From contig NC_083292.1 of NCBI RefSeq assembly GCF_963506605.1, positions 4,154,001-4,218,000 on the forward strand: 64,000 bases of DNA. The letters run 5' to 3'. The DNA comes from Zootoca vivipara (taxonomy: Eukaryota). How positions within the stretch are numbered: position 1 is the stretch's first letter; every line of letters starts with the position of its first letter. Of this stretch, positions 49,072 through 62,053 are shown one piece after another. Under the pieces are notes generated by a model that made no database searches, was not told the origin of the DNA, and saw nothing but the letters and a program-made list of their open reading frames with translations. The position numbers and the translations under genes were made by a program.

Positions 49072-50059
49072 ACTCTCAGGTCTGTTCCAAACAATGAGAT
49101 CTGTTTACTTGCTTGGCTACCTACGACCACCCTTCCCTTGAAGATCACACTCAGTCTTACTCAAGTTTCAAACCAGCCAGAAGTAAATGTCCATTCAGAA
49201 AGGGCATGGTTAGGGAAATTTGATCTTGCAAGGAGAATAGCAGCATCCCATCCATGTTGCTAGTCCCCAGGAGAGCTGCTCTCAGAGCCAAGGATTGCAC
49301 TTCGGTCTATTCAGATGTGAAGCCATGGCATATAGCTATCTAATCTTTCCTTAGCCATTGAGGCTACAGGTTACTGCCAAGACCCTGAAAGTTCTATACA
49401 TTAATTCTATGCCAAGTGGTTCATTCTTTAAAAAGAACCACTAGGAGGGAGAAGCTGTGACCCTCCTGAAGCTCCTAGACTACAATTCCCACCATCCCTG
49501 ACCACGCAGGCTGTGGCTGATGGGAGCTGGTGTCCAACAACTGGAGGGCCACATCCCTGCCCTACATCCTGACACAATATCTTTGCTAGCCTTTCATGTG
49601 CCACAATGGGGGGTCAGTTTTTTTTCTTTTTAAAGCTTGGGAACCTTCCTCAGATTAAAGCAGCCTTGGGGTTAGGCAGCCAGGGCTGGTTCTCTCAAGG
49701 CAACTTCTCTCCTTAGTCGACTGGAGGAAATGTAAAAATAAAATAACCACAATAATTCATTAATCATTAGCTTTGGGTAATTTCTAATGCACAACCCTCT
49801 TTTTTGTAACACAAGAGCAGTTTAATTTTATTGTCTTCTTTAAATTGGCTGTTGCCGTTTCAGTTCGTTGTTTTAATTTGCTGTAGTACGTTTGCCTGAT
49901 CTTCTTTTTCTTCATTATAACTGTACTTTTTGTTCCCTACTACTTTGTAAGTCGTTTGGGTTGCCTTAGGCAAAATTAAGTGACTAACAAATCTTAATAA
50001 AAATAATAAGCCACTCCGGGAACACAAATATGCGTTAACGTTGCTCTGACAAATCGTGC

Positions 50060-50740
50060 ATCTACATATCTGCGCGCGCACACACACTTCCGCCCCCTTA
50101 ACACCCAGGCGCGCGTCGACCCTTTTAAGAAAACCCGCACGGTTTCTGCTGCCCTTCAAAGCCTTTCCACCCAATCCCGGCGCTCCGTCTCCCCCTCCCT
50201 CTTTCTAAGCCCCGCCCCCTGTCAGATAAGGTCTCCGTCAGGCAGCCAGGGCGCATGCGCACTGGATGCCTGCTCGCCAGAATCTTTGCGGAACGAATTT
50301 TGTCCCGTCCCGCCGGACTCACCCAGCCAGGTCAGGGCCTCGCCAACGAGATGAACACGGCGCGGCGTGCGGAGGTTGGGTTTTTGCAGAGGTTGGGTTT
50401 CTATGACTGGGCTGCGCCTCCGCAGCCCCGGAAACCGAGCGGGGCCCCCCCAGCAACTGTTTCGATAGTTTCCTCGGCGACTTCCTGTCTGCGCCTCGTC
50501 CGTTGCCATGAAATGTCCGGCGGGGAAAACAGGCCAAGCATCTTGGTTCCCAGCCTCCCGAAAACCCCTTACCTGAAGCACCGCTGGGCCGCCCAAGTGT
50601 TGTTGGGCTCCAGCTCCCATCAGCCCCAGGCGCGAATGGTGGGAGGTCAGTCCAACATCTGGAGGGTGCCGAGTGGCCCAGGGGGATCCCTGCAACCAAA
50701 AAAATCGGGGGAAGCGGAGGCGAAGGAAGCCAGCGAAGAG
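50060..50740 (-). promoter_or_regulatory. ARL6IP4: ARL6IP4 CpG-island promoter and non-coding exon 1 (donor after 50323)
   Basis: CpG-dense; minus-strand CTGG|gtgagt; NRF1 palindrome GCGCATGCGC at 50251-50260; ETS-like ACAGGAAGT near 50480-50488; RFX half-site GTTGCCATG at 50502-50510. Confidence 0.75.
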
Positions 50741-51625
50741 CGAGGACCCCTGTTTTATTTCTGTCCATTTTTAAGGGGGGGGGGGAATATGCTTTTGTGT
50801 TCTGTACGTGTTTGTTCAAAAATATCCAAGCGTTCAAGAACAAAAATCATAAAAAGAAGCATAAAATAAAATTGTAAACCACTTTGTGGGGTCAGTTTAG
50901 ATCAGAAGGTGGAGTGTGCATCTTTTAAAATAAATATTATTAAAAATGCAGCAGTATAATCCATATTTTTAACAATTGGCAAAACATGCATTTAGTAGTT
51001 ACTTATTACATTTTTATCCCACCTTTTCATCACAGAACTCAAGGCAACATACTTTTTTATCCTTGCAACAATACTGTAAGGTAGGTTAGGCTGAGCATAG
51101 CCCAGAATCTTGCAGCAGACTTTGAGTCAGCAGTGGTTCAAGCATGGATTTGAACACTAAATAAACAAACAAACCAAAACCTGCTATATCCCTGTTTAAC
51201 ACTCTTCTTTGTTAACCACAAAGGCTTTACTATAATGATTTTGTACAGTACACTCTAAGGTACAGTATGTCTACTCGGAGGCATGCACCATTGAGTTCAA
51301 TAGGGCTTCCTCCCAGGAAAGTGTATATAGGATTACATCCTTTAATTAGTCCAGCTCTTATACCAACAGTGAATATTTGGGTCCTGCTTCTTCAGTTTGG
51401 TTATTTCTTCCACACAAAACGCAACAAAATAGAATTTATATTCTGTACCACTATTATCTTACCCTTGACTTTAATGAAAATATGCTATAACTTCCATGCA
51501 TGTCAAACTGTACCGCAGTGGGTTGGTGAAAGGACTCTGTATTGTTGTTGAAAACAGCCATTTTAGCAATTGCCATGGGGATTTGGCTACAAATATAATG
51601 GCCAGATGTGATTTTGACAAAGAAT

Positions 51626-51949
51626 AAAGGGTAAAGGGACCCCTGACCATTAGGTCCAGTCGCAGACAACTCTGGGGTTGCAGCGCTCATCTCACTTTAC
51701 TGGCCAAGGGAGCCGGTGTACAACTTCCAGGTCATGTGGCCAGCATGACTAAGCCGCTTCTGGCGAACCAGAGCAGCGCACGGAAACGCCATTTACCTTC
51801 CCGCTATAGCGGTTCCTATTTATCTACTTGCATTTTGACCTGCTTTCTAACTGCTAGGTTGGCAGGAGCTGGGACCGGGCAACGGAAGCTCACCTCGTCG
51901 CAGAGATTCAAACCACCAACCTTCTGATCGGCAAGCCCTAGGCTCAGTG
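51626..51949 (-). mobile_element. Sauria SINE (a second 3' fragment lies on + at 52144-52242)
   Basis: ggtaaagggacccctgaccattaggtccagtc...gtcatgtggccagcatgact...; ACCTTT-type tail. Confidence 0.85.
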
Positions 51950-52325
51950 ACAAAAAATAGAGTGGGACAAAAATATAATTGACTCAGAACACCGACATTT
52001 CAAAACACACACTCCATTCTCTCGCCCCACTCCCAAGGAAATTAATGGTGCTGGAGATTTTTTTGCCTCCTTTCATCAGGTTACTTTTGCATATTAATAA
52101 ATTTGTGCAGATTAATGTTCAAAGTGGACATTTGATTGCCTCTATAGTCATGCTGGCCACATGACCCAGAAGCTGTCTGCGGACAAACGCTGGCTCCCTC
52201 GGCCTATAGAGCAAGATGAGCGACTGTGTACCTTTACCTTTTAGAGGCTTGCACCAAGCAAAGACAGCTGTGAGCTGGCCTCTGAATTGGAAATTGTATG
52301 AAATTAGTTTGCTGGGAAATCAAGG

Positions 52326-52680
52326 TGTTGTTTAGTCCTTTAGTCGTGTCCGACTCTTCGTGACCCTATGGACCAGAGCATGCCAGGCACTCCTGTCTTC
52401 CACTGCCTCCCGCAGTTTGGTCAGACTCATGTTGGTAGCTTCCAGAACACTGTCCAACTGATCCTTCCACATGGTGGCTGTCAACTGTAAGTCACACAAG
52501 ACATCTAGCATGGGTTCCAATCCTCATGTCTTCTTCTTCTTTGGCGATCACTCGTAGCTGAGTAAGATTGTCTTCCATAACTACGGTTTCAACAAGGAGT
52601 CCGTAAGTGACTGTGGAGGCCAATTCTGGATCCGCACGTCCTTCCACAGTGGGGACATTGGTTTCCGGGTGGGACTGTTG
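52326..52680 (-). mobile_element. Adjacent BovB 3' end (52326-52458) and RTE 3' end (52529-52680)
   Basis: LDSVLEATNMSLTKLREAVEDRSAWHALVHRVTKSRTRL; the second part matches 19570-19700. Confidence 0.85.
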
Positions 52681-53908
52681 GCTACAATGCACCCCCTGGA
52701 ACCACCTTTCCCTGGAACCCAACAAAGAGCTCCTTAACTCCCTTTCTCACCATGCACATAATAGGCTTCCGTAAGGGCTTTCCCATTTTGCACTTCCAGC
52801 GCTTGTTGCTGCCTGCATCTTGTCTAACATGAGCCCCTCCAAAAGATGGCACATACAAAATGAATTGCCCATCAGGAATTTAGCTCCAGCATAATTGGCA
52901 AGCAAAGTAAGTTGGCATCATCTGCCTAGTCAGCAACCTGTAGTCTGTAGGTCTGTTTGCGCTAGCCACAGTCCCACTTTTTATTTCATGTAGTTGGCAC
53001 TGATGCAAGGCTGGAAGAAGTCTCTCGGTGATTGCAGCAGTTGGAACAACCACCCAGCCAATCGAGATCCTTCTTGCTACTCTCAACACTATTGCCAATT
53101 CACCTTTCTCTGTCTGAACTGCCACCTGCTTTTTCTTATTCTTTAAGCTACAGAAAACTAAGGCAATGCAGCCGGCAGCTGCTGGTTTTTATGTGCAAAA
53201 CAGAAGAGGCCTCGTGATTTTTGCCTGTGTTTCAGCTTGCATGACTCGGGTGGATAAAAAGGGGATGCAGAGCTGTAGGGCCTACTTTCAAAAACAGAAA
53301 AAGTCCTCCCTAAAAGGGTAGCTTTGTTTGCTTTAGCAGTGGTGACAACTGCATTACAATGGTTCAGACAGGAAAATCACAGCCTGGTTAGAAGGATAAT
53401 AAAATTGGCTCCTGCCTTTTTGAAACTGCCACGTTTTTAGATAAGTCCACAAGTCAAGTCCACCATACAAGAATGCCCCTCACTCCCATGGTTAGGTTGA
53501 CTCTGCCTAGCCTCAGAGGAGGGGAGGAAGTCACATCTATAGGAGTAAGCCTCCATGTAGGCTTGACAATATGGTAGCCAGGCCCAGATTTGCTCTCCTG
53601 CTCCTGTTGACAAATACCTGCTGTGTGCCACCCTTACTGCAATATAGCCACCTGTCTTTTAGGGATAAATGCTGATTTTTACAATCTGTGATCACAACCA
53701 TAGCGTTTTGATTAGCTGTTGTGGCATCTGCTTCTGCATAACCTTTTCAGTTACCTTTTCAGAGTGTGTTCAATGCTTTAATGTATGACACATTCTCTCA
53801 GCTTGGCCAACAGAAAACAGCTTGGGGGCCACTGCCAGTATTGTTATCAGCCACTCTAGCAATGTCTTCACTGAAATCAAGGCACAGGATTTGCCGCACA
53901 TCACCCCA

Positions 53909-54184
53909 CTATGTTAAGGAGCACACATCCACAGTCTCAGGCTGTACATTTTCAGAACTCCTGGTGAAGCCATCTCCAAATCCCTCTGCCTGCACCAATT
54001 CAGGCTCTCTGTTGCACATGGGGCAAAGATGATTCCGGACAAAGGACGATCGCATCCAGATAATCAGGTTCCAGCGCTCCCCAGAGGCGATAGGCAGCGC
54101 CCCGTGAATTTGTCCTCCCCGGTGGAACAAGCCATATAAGGGGACATGTTCAACTTCGATGTACTTTGGCACCGGGTTGGTGTC
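53909..54184 (-). CDS. OGFOD2: OGFOD2 exon 7 (terminal)
   Basis: ttcaag|GAC; DTNPVPKYIEVEHVPLYGLFHRGGQIHGALPIASGERWNLIIWMRSS...VDVCSLT*; contains the distal Fe-binding His and the 2OG-binding Arg. Confidence 0.96.
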   Translation of the reverse strand, partial: DTNPVPKYIEVEHVPLYGLFHRGGQIHGALPIASGERWNLIIWMRSSFVRNHLCPMCNREPELVQAEGFGDGFTRSSENVQPETVDVCSLT

Positions 54185-56224
54185 CTTGAAAAGGAACAAG
54201 AAAGATCACCATGTTATTATTATTTAGAATCATAGAACTGAAGAGTTGGGACTCTGAGGGTCATCTACTCCAACCCCTGCAATGCAGGAATCGCAAATAA
54301 AGCATTATAACAGATGGCCATCTAACCTCTGCTTGGAACCCACCACCTTCCAAGGGAGTCCATTCCACTGTCAAACAGCTCCAGTTGCAACATTCACACT
54401 TTTATAAATCAGGTGATCAATGCAGCATATTTAGTACTGTACTTGGGGAACTGTCTGACTGAGCTTATTATAACCCTTTCATGTTTTTCAGTTGGCTGAA
54501 GTCCAGCCATTCTCCCCTTCAAGACAATCCAGACCAGCAGTAGTCTCCTTAACACCACATACATACAAGTAGTAGTAGAAGTAGCTGAATTTTTATTACC
54601 TGCCCTTCACCCAAAGGTCCCAGGGCAAGTTACAGCAATGAAGGCACAATATTGCAAACAGTTTAAAACAGCTTTAAATTACAAAAATGCACATTTCGGG
54701 TGTCAAACGCCAGGGGGGTAAAGAGGTGCATCTTCAGAACTTCCTGAATGCTTTATAATGAAGGCACAGTGCTTCTCTGCGGAGGGAGTTTCACAGGTTA
54801 AAAGAGTTCAAGAGAAGCAGAGAAGGGTGTGCTGGATACTGACCCCCCCATGCTGCTTCCGTTGGAAAAGGGGCGTGGTTTAAGCAGCCCCGCCCCTTCC
54901 CATTGTGCCCCACCCCTTTCCCTGCAAGGGTCCAGGTGAGTGCAAAACACCTTGGGGTGCAGCAAGCTTGGGGGGTGGGGTGGCTGGAGGAGGATGCAAT
55001 TCCAGTGGGATGATGCCAAGTGGAGATAGCAGGCAGAAAAGCTGCTGGGCAGAGAGGCATCCCCCCCCCCAAAAAAATGAAGGGAGGTGGGTGTGCAGCT
55101 GAGCCCCCCCCCCATTTCGAGTATTCTGGATAGCAATATGGATACTATAAACACATGCAGAAATACAAACGTTTCCTAAATTTCAGCAGAGTTTCCTGCA
55201 TTCCAGGGGGTTGGACAATCTATTTCTTAATAGGTTCGATTGGGTTTGGTGCTTTCTCTCTGCATGTCATTCCTTGAACAGTTTCCTGTGCAAAGATAAG
55301 GCTTGCTTTCATTTTTTGGATTTTACCCCAGGAAATAAACTGCCACAGGGGCCAGATTAAACCGACCGGTGGGGTAAAATCCTTAAAAAACCTCAACAAC
55401 TTCAATCCTTAAAAAAAGGTTAACAACTTTGGTTGTACGTTTGGTCGGCCCTCACGACCCTTCACTTCATCAAATCTGGCCCTCTTGAAAGAAGTTTGGA
55501 CACCACTGACTTAGGGGCTGCCACAGAGAGGGCTCTCTTCCAGGCCACTGCCTGTTAGCAGCTACCTCTGCGACTCATGATGGTCCAGTAAAATGAGACT
55601 GCTTTGGATAAATGCATATTGGACAAATAGAAGGATTCCTTCACACGGCACATCTTTTGACATTAGAAACTCACCGCTGCAAGCTGTGGATATGGCAGAT
55701 GGCTTAAGTGTTTTTGAAAAGACCTGGTTATCCCAAAGTTCATCAGCCCCAGGGATGGTCAGGGATGAATGAATTCAGCAACATCCAGAGGGCCACACAT
55801 TCCTCGCCATTGGATTAAATGGAACCTTAGACCAAAGTCTACTGAGTTCTGCATTACTTATTCAATAGGGACCAAGCAGGGCAGGCGGGGGAGGCAGCAG
55901 GCTTTCTCTGTTGTTTCACCCCAGCAGCCAATAAGCAGAGTTATTATACTGCCGCTATACAGGGAAGTTCCATGTAACTATCATGGGTCTGTGCATAGCC
56001 AACATGGTGCAATCTGGGTATTCTTGGAATCGACCTCCCATCCAACTCCCAGGCAGTTATCAGGGATTATGAGAGTTGGGGTCCAACACACTGGTTTACC
56101 CCCCATCTTTTCTGTTTCAAGTCATCAACACATCTTGTGGCCGTGAACTGCATATGTTTCTTACAAATTCTGTAAAATAATAGGCATAATAAAAGTGAAA
56201 GTGAGCCATTAAAAGAAGAGGCAC

Positions 56225-56482
56225 CTTTCTGAATTCAGCGAAATAGAGGTTGCCCTCGGTGAACTCTTTCCCCAGGGAAATGTTGAGAGTCACTTCCGCA
56301 TTGTCGTAGTGGGAACTCAAATCCAGGTCTTCCTGCAAAGCGTATTTCACCACAAAGGCCTTATGGCTGTCCAAACAGCCTCCCCCACAGTCCGGGTAAA
56401 GCAAAGCTGTGAGGGGCTGTAGGTATTTTTCACGCAGAGAGGTGATGAAAGTTTCATCCAACCCAAGTTCGTTTAAGAGAAC
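56225..56482 (-). CDS. OGFOD2: OGFOD2 exon 6
   Basis: ctgcag|GTT...AAG|gtgcct; VLLNELGLDETF...DSHKAFVVKY...SHYDNAEVTLN (HxD motif). Confidence 0.96.
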
Positions 56483-57059
56483 CTGCAGTGGGTGGTATAT
56501 GAACATGCAAGAGAAAGAGTTAAAGGGAAACCAAACAGAATGCAAAATGAATATTTTTTAGCAGAAGGGTCAGGGCATTTTGCAGTGGTCAAGTTCTTGC
56601 GATGGCTAACAACTGTCCTCCATTTTCTAACATGCTGCATTCTCTCAATTTGGATAGTAAAGATTTGCTTCCTTGCCCAGTTAGGACATTAAGATCAACA
56701 AATCATAGAATCGTAGAATTGGAAGGAACCACAAGGGGCATCTAATCCAACCCTCTGCAATGCAGGAATAGTTTGCCCAGCATGGGGTTTGAACCCACAA
56801 CCCTAAGATTAAGGGTCTCATGCTCTACTGATTTAACTATCCCAGCAGAGGAATAGAACCTGGTTCCACTGCCTTTTTAAATGTGTTGTGGGAGGGGGGA
56901 TTATTGGCCTGTTTTTGTTCTTATTTTTATTATGTGTTTGTGTCTTTTATATTGCAGTTGTGAACCGCCCTGAGATCTATGGCTGAAGAGCAGTGTACAA
57001 TTTTAATAAATAATAATATAATGGTAATAATATATAATTATAATATGGGGTGAGTCTAG

Positions 57060-57840
57060 GTAAGCATAATAATAACCTTAGCACTTTGTTTTTTTGTTTT
57101 TAGTTAGAATGTGCAGAATGCCCAAAAAAAGAAATACATAGACAAACAAAAAGTAAAGTACAACTTACACATATAATAATTGAACCCAACCCCATGACAA
57201 CCCATCACCTCCTCCCCAACTTCCCTTCACCCCATCTTGACTTCCGTATATGTTAGATTGGATGGTATACATTGCAATCTTTTAAGGTATTACCTTTTAT
57301 TTTGGTTCTAACATGTTTTATTAATTATTTTTGTTTCACTTTACTCTTTTAATCTAACTAAGCATATCAGCATGTTCTTTTTGGGACAGTGTTTATCCAT
57401 ATATTCTTCAAAACATTGCAATTCTTGTCTCTAAGTTTTTGACGTAAGCAGTTAGCTTTGCCATTTTCATGAATTCACTTAGTTTGTATAGCCACAGGTA
57501 GGTTAGCTGTGTTGGTCTGGTGTAGTCGAAACAAAATAAAAAAAAATCCTTCCAGTAGCACCTTAGAGACCAACTAAGTTTGTCATTGGTATATTATATT
57601 ATATTATATTATAATTATAATTATAATTATAATTATAATTATACTGGTATATAATTGTCATTGTATAGCCAGTAGGCTTTTGAAGGTATTGTCTTGCTCT
57701 TCCATATACTGGCAAATACAATCCTGGCAGCTGCTGTGGCATATAAGAAAATTTCTTTCTTATTTAGCAGAATATCCGTCCCCATCAGACCTAGTAGATA
57801 TGCCTCTGGTTTCTTTTGTAAATAAACTTTTAGCACTTTA
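57060..57840 (-). mobile_element. Degenerate L1 ORF2 3' end, interrupted by a Penelope-like insertion
   Basis: KKPEAYLLGL...FLYATAAARIVFASIWK...WLY..KLSEFMKMAKLT, typical of the squamate L1 C-terminus. Confidence 0.7.
57495..57660 (-). mobile_element. Penelope-like terminal fragment plus AT-rich filler
   Basis: Matches 16172-16264; flanked by the direct repeat TTGTATAGCCA (57484-57494 and 57661-57671). Confidence 0.8.
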
Positions 57841-57869
57841 AAAAGTGCTAAAGTTCTTCATGAATCATA

Positions 57870-58135
57870 CCCCACTGGAAGGACAGATCGTGAAGCTGAG
57901 GCTCCAATACTTTGGCCACTTCATGAGAAGAGAAGAATGCTTGGAAAAGACCCTGATGTTGGGAAAGATTGAGGGCGCTAGGAGAAGGGGACGACAGAGG
58001 ACGAGATGCCTGGACAGTGTTCTTGAAGCTACGAACATGAGTTTGACCAAACTGTGGGAGGCAGTGGAAGACAGGAGTGCCTGGCGTGCTCTGGTCCATG
58101 GGGTCACGAAGAGTCGGACATGACTAAACGACAAC
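57870..58135 (+). mobile_element. BovB (RTE) LINE 3' end
   Basis: LEGQIVKLRLQYFGHFMRREECLEKTLMLGKIEGARRRGRQRTR..LDSV...VHGVTKSRT. Confidence 0.92.
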
Positions 58136-58328
58136 ATGCCTTAGATTTTTCGCAAGTCCACCAGGCATGAAACAAGGTTCCTTCTTCTCACCTAGCTCAA
58201 ACTACTTGATTATACAGGGATCTATACTATAAGACTGTAACTGCTATTAACCCCATTACTACAGAGGGGGGGGATTCTCAAGAGAAAGTAACTTGTCTAA
58301 CAGTACAATCCTAAATAGTGACTCTTAC

Positions 58329-58453
58329 CCCATAATTATTCATAGAGTTGGGCCTCCCTTTGGGTAGCTCAGATTGTTCAAAGTTCTCTAGCTCCTCAAT
58401 GAAAGCTTGACAGAATTCCTTGGCAAACACTGGCAGTCGGTAGATTCTCTTAT
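58329..58453 (-). CDS. OGFOD2: OGFOD2 exon 5
   Basis: caacag|AT...GGG|gtaaga; DKRIYRLPVFAKEFCQAFIEELENFEQSELPKGRPNSMNNYG. Confidence 0.96.
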
Positions 58454-59240
58454 CTGTTGTGGGGAAGATGGAAAATAAAATCGGAAGAAGATAGAACATA
58501 GCCACTTGCTTAATCACCTGTAGTGGAAGAGAATCTCCTTCTAGCGACCAGAATGGGAAAGGTGGTGGTAGGGGTTTTGTAAGTGCAAAGAAAAGCTGGT
58601 TCTCTGTTCTTCTTTAATGGGTAGGGGCCTGAGCTCAGTGGCAGAGACCATGTTTTGCATGCAGAAGGACCCAGGTCCAAATCCTGACATCTCTGGTTAA
58701 AACCAGTGCTTTTTTCTGAGAGTACTCAAGGCACCAGCACCATTTTTCTAGAAGAAAACCACTGGTTAAAAGTGTAGCACTGATTGTAACAACTTCATGG
58801 TGGATACCAGCAGCATTTTTCCTAGATGAAAAACACTGGTTAAAATTATTATAATTAGAAAGTCTGGGGAAGACTTTGCCCAGGACTGTGTAGAGCCTTT
58901 GCCAGTCAAAACAGAGTGCGCTGGACTAGATCATCTATGTTAAGAAGAGCAGAGCATAAGAAGAAGAGCTCCGCTGGAGCCCATCTAATTGAGCATTCTG
59001 TTCTCACAGTGGACAAGCAAATGTATGGGAAGCTGAATGCAACAGTAATCTCCAGCAACTGGCACTCAGAGATATGCTACCCCCAACTGTGGAGACAGAC
59101 CATGTTGGTATTTGCAACATTTTCAGAATCGGAACCTTCTGAAGTAAAAACCATTAAAATAAAATCTCCTGCATCTTTTGAAACCAAAACCAAAGAGGCC
59201 ACTTAGACAACATGGGTCATGCAGTCATTTCCTTTGCAGA

Positions 59241-59743
59241 TTTCCCTTCTATGCGACTGTAACAGTGGCTCTGTAGAATCTCTACACCACATACTTTTTG
59301 GTTGCCCAGTTCATTCGGCTGCTCGGTTCAGATTTCTGTATCCACTTTTATCGAGAATTGCTGATGAGACGCAGGAAACCAAATTAATTTATTTATTGAA
59401 TGATGAGGAACCGAGCAGATCCCTTACGGTCGCTAGATTCCTGATTAATGTCTTATTTCATAAAAAGAGAAGCGGATCACTGCACGATTTTTGATAGTCC
59501 AATTAAAACTAATAATTACTGAGAGGAATTAAAACTACGCTGTAAATTAAAATTATCTGATAGATCTAAACCAAGTTTTAGATAGATTATTTTATTCAAT
59601 ATATGGAGTACTTTTATTGATCTCAATTGATTATTAATGGTTGTTAAACTGGTATTGCCTAAATTGTAAAATTTGTATTGCTTTGGCTGTTTTATGTTGA
59701 ATTGCTGTTTTGATATGGGCCAATGGCCGCAATAAATTTACTA
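59241..59743 (+). mobile_element. 5'-truncated LINE 3' end with a CCHC-like motif (same type as 18135-18609)
   Basis: CDCNSGSVESLHHILFGCPVHSAAR; ends GGCCAATGGCCGCAATAAA; TSD CATTTCCTTT(T)GCAGA. Confidence 0.7.
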
Positions 59744-59935
59744 CATTTCCTTTTGCAGAGTAGGAAACGGCCTTTTAAAAGCCAGTACCTTCTGGGCATA
59801 TTTTTAAACATGAAGGTAATATGTATACCACTAATTCCCTCCAAGAATACATAATGTGCATATGCTGAACCTATATTTTAAAAATAATTAATATGGGCAA
59901 CACATATTTCTGATAAATTAGCCCAGTCTCCCCAC

Positions 59936-60035
59936 CTGATATAGATTCCACACGGTCCAAGAGGCCTTGAAGATCAGCACCTTTGGATGCGCAGTATCTG
60001 ACTGTTTCTAAAAATTCTGGTGCAAGAAATGATTC
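59936..60035 (-). CDS. OGFOD2: OGFOD2 exon 4
   Basis: tgctag|GAA...TCAG|gtgggg; ESFLAPEFLETVRYCASKGADLQGLLDRVESIS. Confidence 0.94.
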
Positions 60036-60911
60036 CTAGCATTGGAAGAGGAGAGGAGGGTGGGAAAAAAATTATTTTCACACACACACAAGCTACTTCT
60101 ATTTAACCTGTTTTTAATGTGCTTCAACTTTAAGTTTGTTCTTGGACAGAGTGAAAAATGGCAACTGGCGCAGAATTAACTATGAGGGGTTTGCAAAGGT
60201 GTGCACCTCTCTTTACATGACACTCTACCCGCCCAGGACAAATTTCCAAAAGGGGGAGCAAGTTCCATGGAGGGCTGAGTAAGATTAGCACTGTGTGCCT
60301 TGTAGAAGAATTGCTTTTGGACAACTCTCGTGGCAGAGAGGTATTTTTCTTATTTGTGCTGCTAAAAGTACAGGCAGAGTCTTGTCAACCCCCCAGTGAG
60401 GAAGCCCCTTCCCAGAGGAATGTTGTCAGCTGATAATGGGCTGCTACTCAGCAACTATTTCTAATGAACAATTCTGAACTGTTGTGTTTCTACTGAACTG
60501 CACTGGTTTTTTTTCTTTGCTGAACTGTTTTGGTTTTGCTTTGCTGATATATTAGCCTTAGTGTGATTTTTCCCCCCTCAAAGTTTTGTTGTCATTTTAA
60601 GCTGGATTGAGAATAAACCTTGCTACTGAAAAAGCAGCATACAAATATTAAATCAAAATTTACCCCTCTCCATTAACTGTGCCCCATTAACCACAGTATA
60701 TCAGCACCAACATTAGCCAGTGTGTAGAGAGTATGCAGGTCCCATTTTATCCAGTGATAGCTTACCATCTTCAAGTCTGCACCAACTTGCAGGAGTACAG
60801 ACTCCATCCTACTGCTAAACTGTTGTATGGAAATGTCACCAGAGTAGAGGCCATTTCTAAACTATCTCTAGCTATGGACTTGCATGCAAATAGAAGAAAC
60901 AAGTTATTTAC

Positions 60912-61022
60912 CTGTAAAGTATACAGTTGTGGATGCTTTGGCTTGTAGTTCTGGGAAATTATTGCTTTCCTTTCCCTAGAGCGGTGCTCTAATTCCTTTC
61001 TCCTCTGGACTTCTTTTTCAAC
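60912..61022 (-). CDS. OGFOD2: OGFOD2 exon 3
   Basis: tcctag|GTT...CAG|gtaaat; VEKEVQRRKELEHRSRERKAIISQNYKPKHPQLYTLQ. Confidence 0.94.
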
Positions 61023-61930
61023 CTAGGAAAATTCATTCTGAAGCTGAAAGGCTGTAACTCAGTGTAGAATACCTGATTTATACACAAATAGTTCTATGCT
61101 CAATGCCTAGTCGGTCAATGTAAACCAGAGGTGGGGAGTGGAACCTTTTTCAGCCCATGGACAACCTTCCTGAGACCACATATCAGTCATGGGCAGGACC
61201 AGAAGCAAAAAATTAGTGGAGAAGTCGGTGCAAATCATACAAGAAGCTGCATTCCAGCCATGCAAAAGTCAGAGGTTTACATAATATAGTATACATCTTT
61301 CCATCTATGCTAGCAAGAGGAATTATCACAGTTGAAAGAAACTCGACAGCCAGACAAAAGCACTTGAGGAGGGTGTGGAGCAGGCTAGGAGAGGGAGTAT
61401 AGCACTGGGAGTGCACCAAGGGGCAGATAGAGAGGCGTAGGGTGCCAGTTTCAGCCCCCAGGCTATGGGTTCTGAACCTCTGGTGTAGACAGTAGGGAGT
61501 TAGGTGGACCAAAGGTTTGATTCAGTATCTTCACCATGTTTGGGTGGATAGGTCCAGGCTCCATATTTAAGCAACAGAAATGCCAGGGCTGTGTAATCAA
61601 ATATTATTCATATATGTTTAGCCCACCTCTATGCGCTTTTATTCAGTAGCAAACCCTACGAGTTATATAGAAGTTCATCAGGTCCCTGTGTACAGGATTG
61701 CAGCCCACAGAGTGCTCTGAAACCCGGATTATGTCACTGGAATATTCTGCATATCAACGCAAAGGCTGTCTCTGGCTGTTGACATATTTACTACAAAGCC
61801 AAGCCTGAGACCATACGTAACTGTTCTTACCAACTTCCTCTGGAGAGAAGAGCTGAAAACCCGACCTGCATCACCAACTACCTGGGGCCAGAAGCAGCAG
61901 CTCTCCCCCTGCCGCCATTACACATTTGTA

Positions 61931-62020
61931 CATAGCTGCCAAGTTTTCCCTTTTCTCGTGAGGAAGCCTATTCAGCATAAGGGAAAATCCCTTGAAAAAA
62001 GGGATAACTTGGCAGCTATG
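61931..62020. mobile_element. 90-bp hAT-type MITE, copy 3
   Basis: Same TIR; TSD CATTTGT(A/G). Confidence 0.85.
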
Positions 62021-62053
62021 CATTTGTGTGAATTTTAAAGCCAGGCACAGTAC

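Noticed and set aside
50255-50869. ORFs of 204 and 174 aa
   Set aside because: CpG-island artefacts with no recognisable domain.
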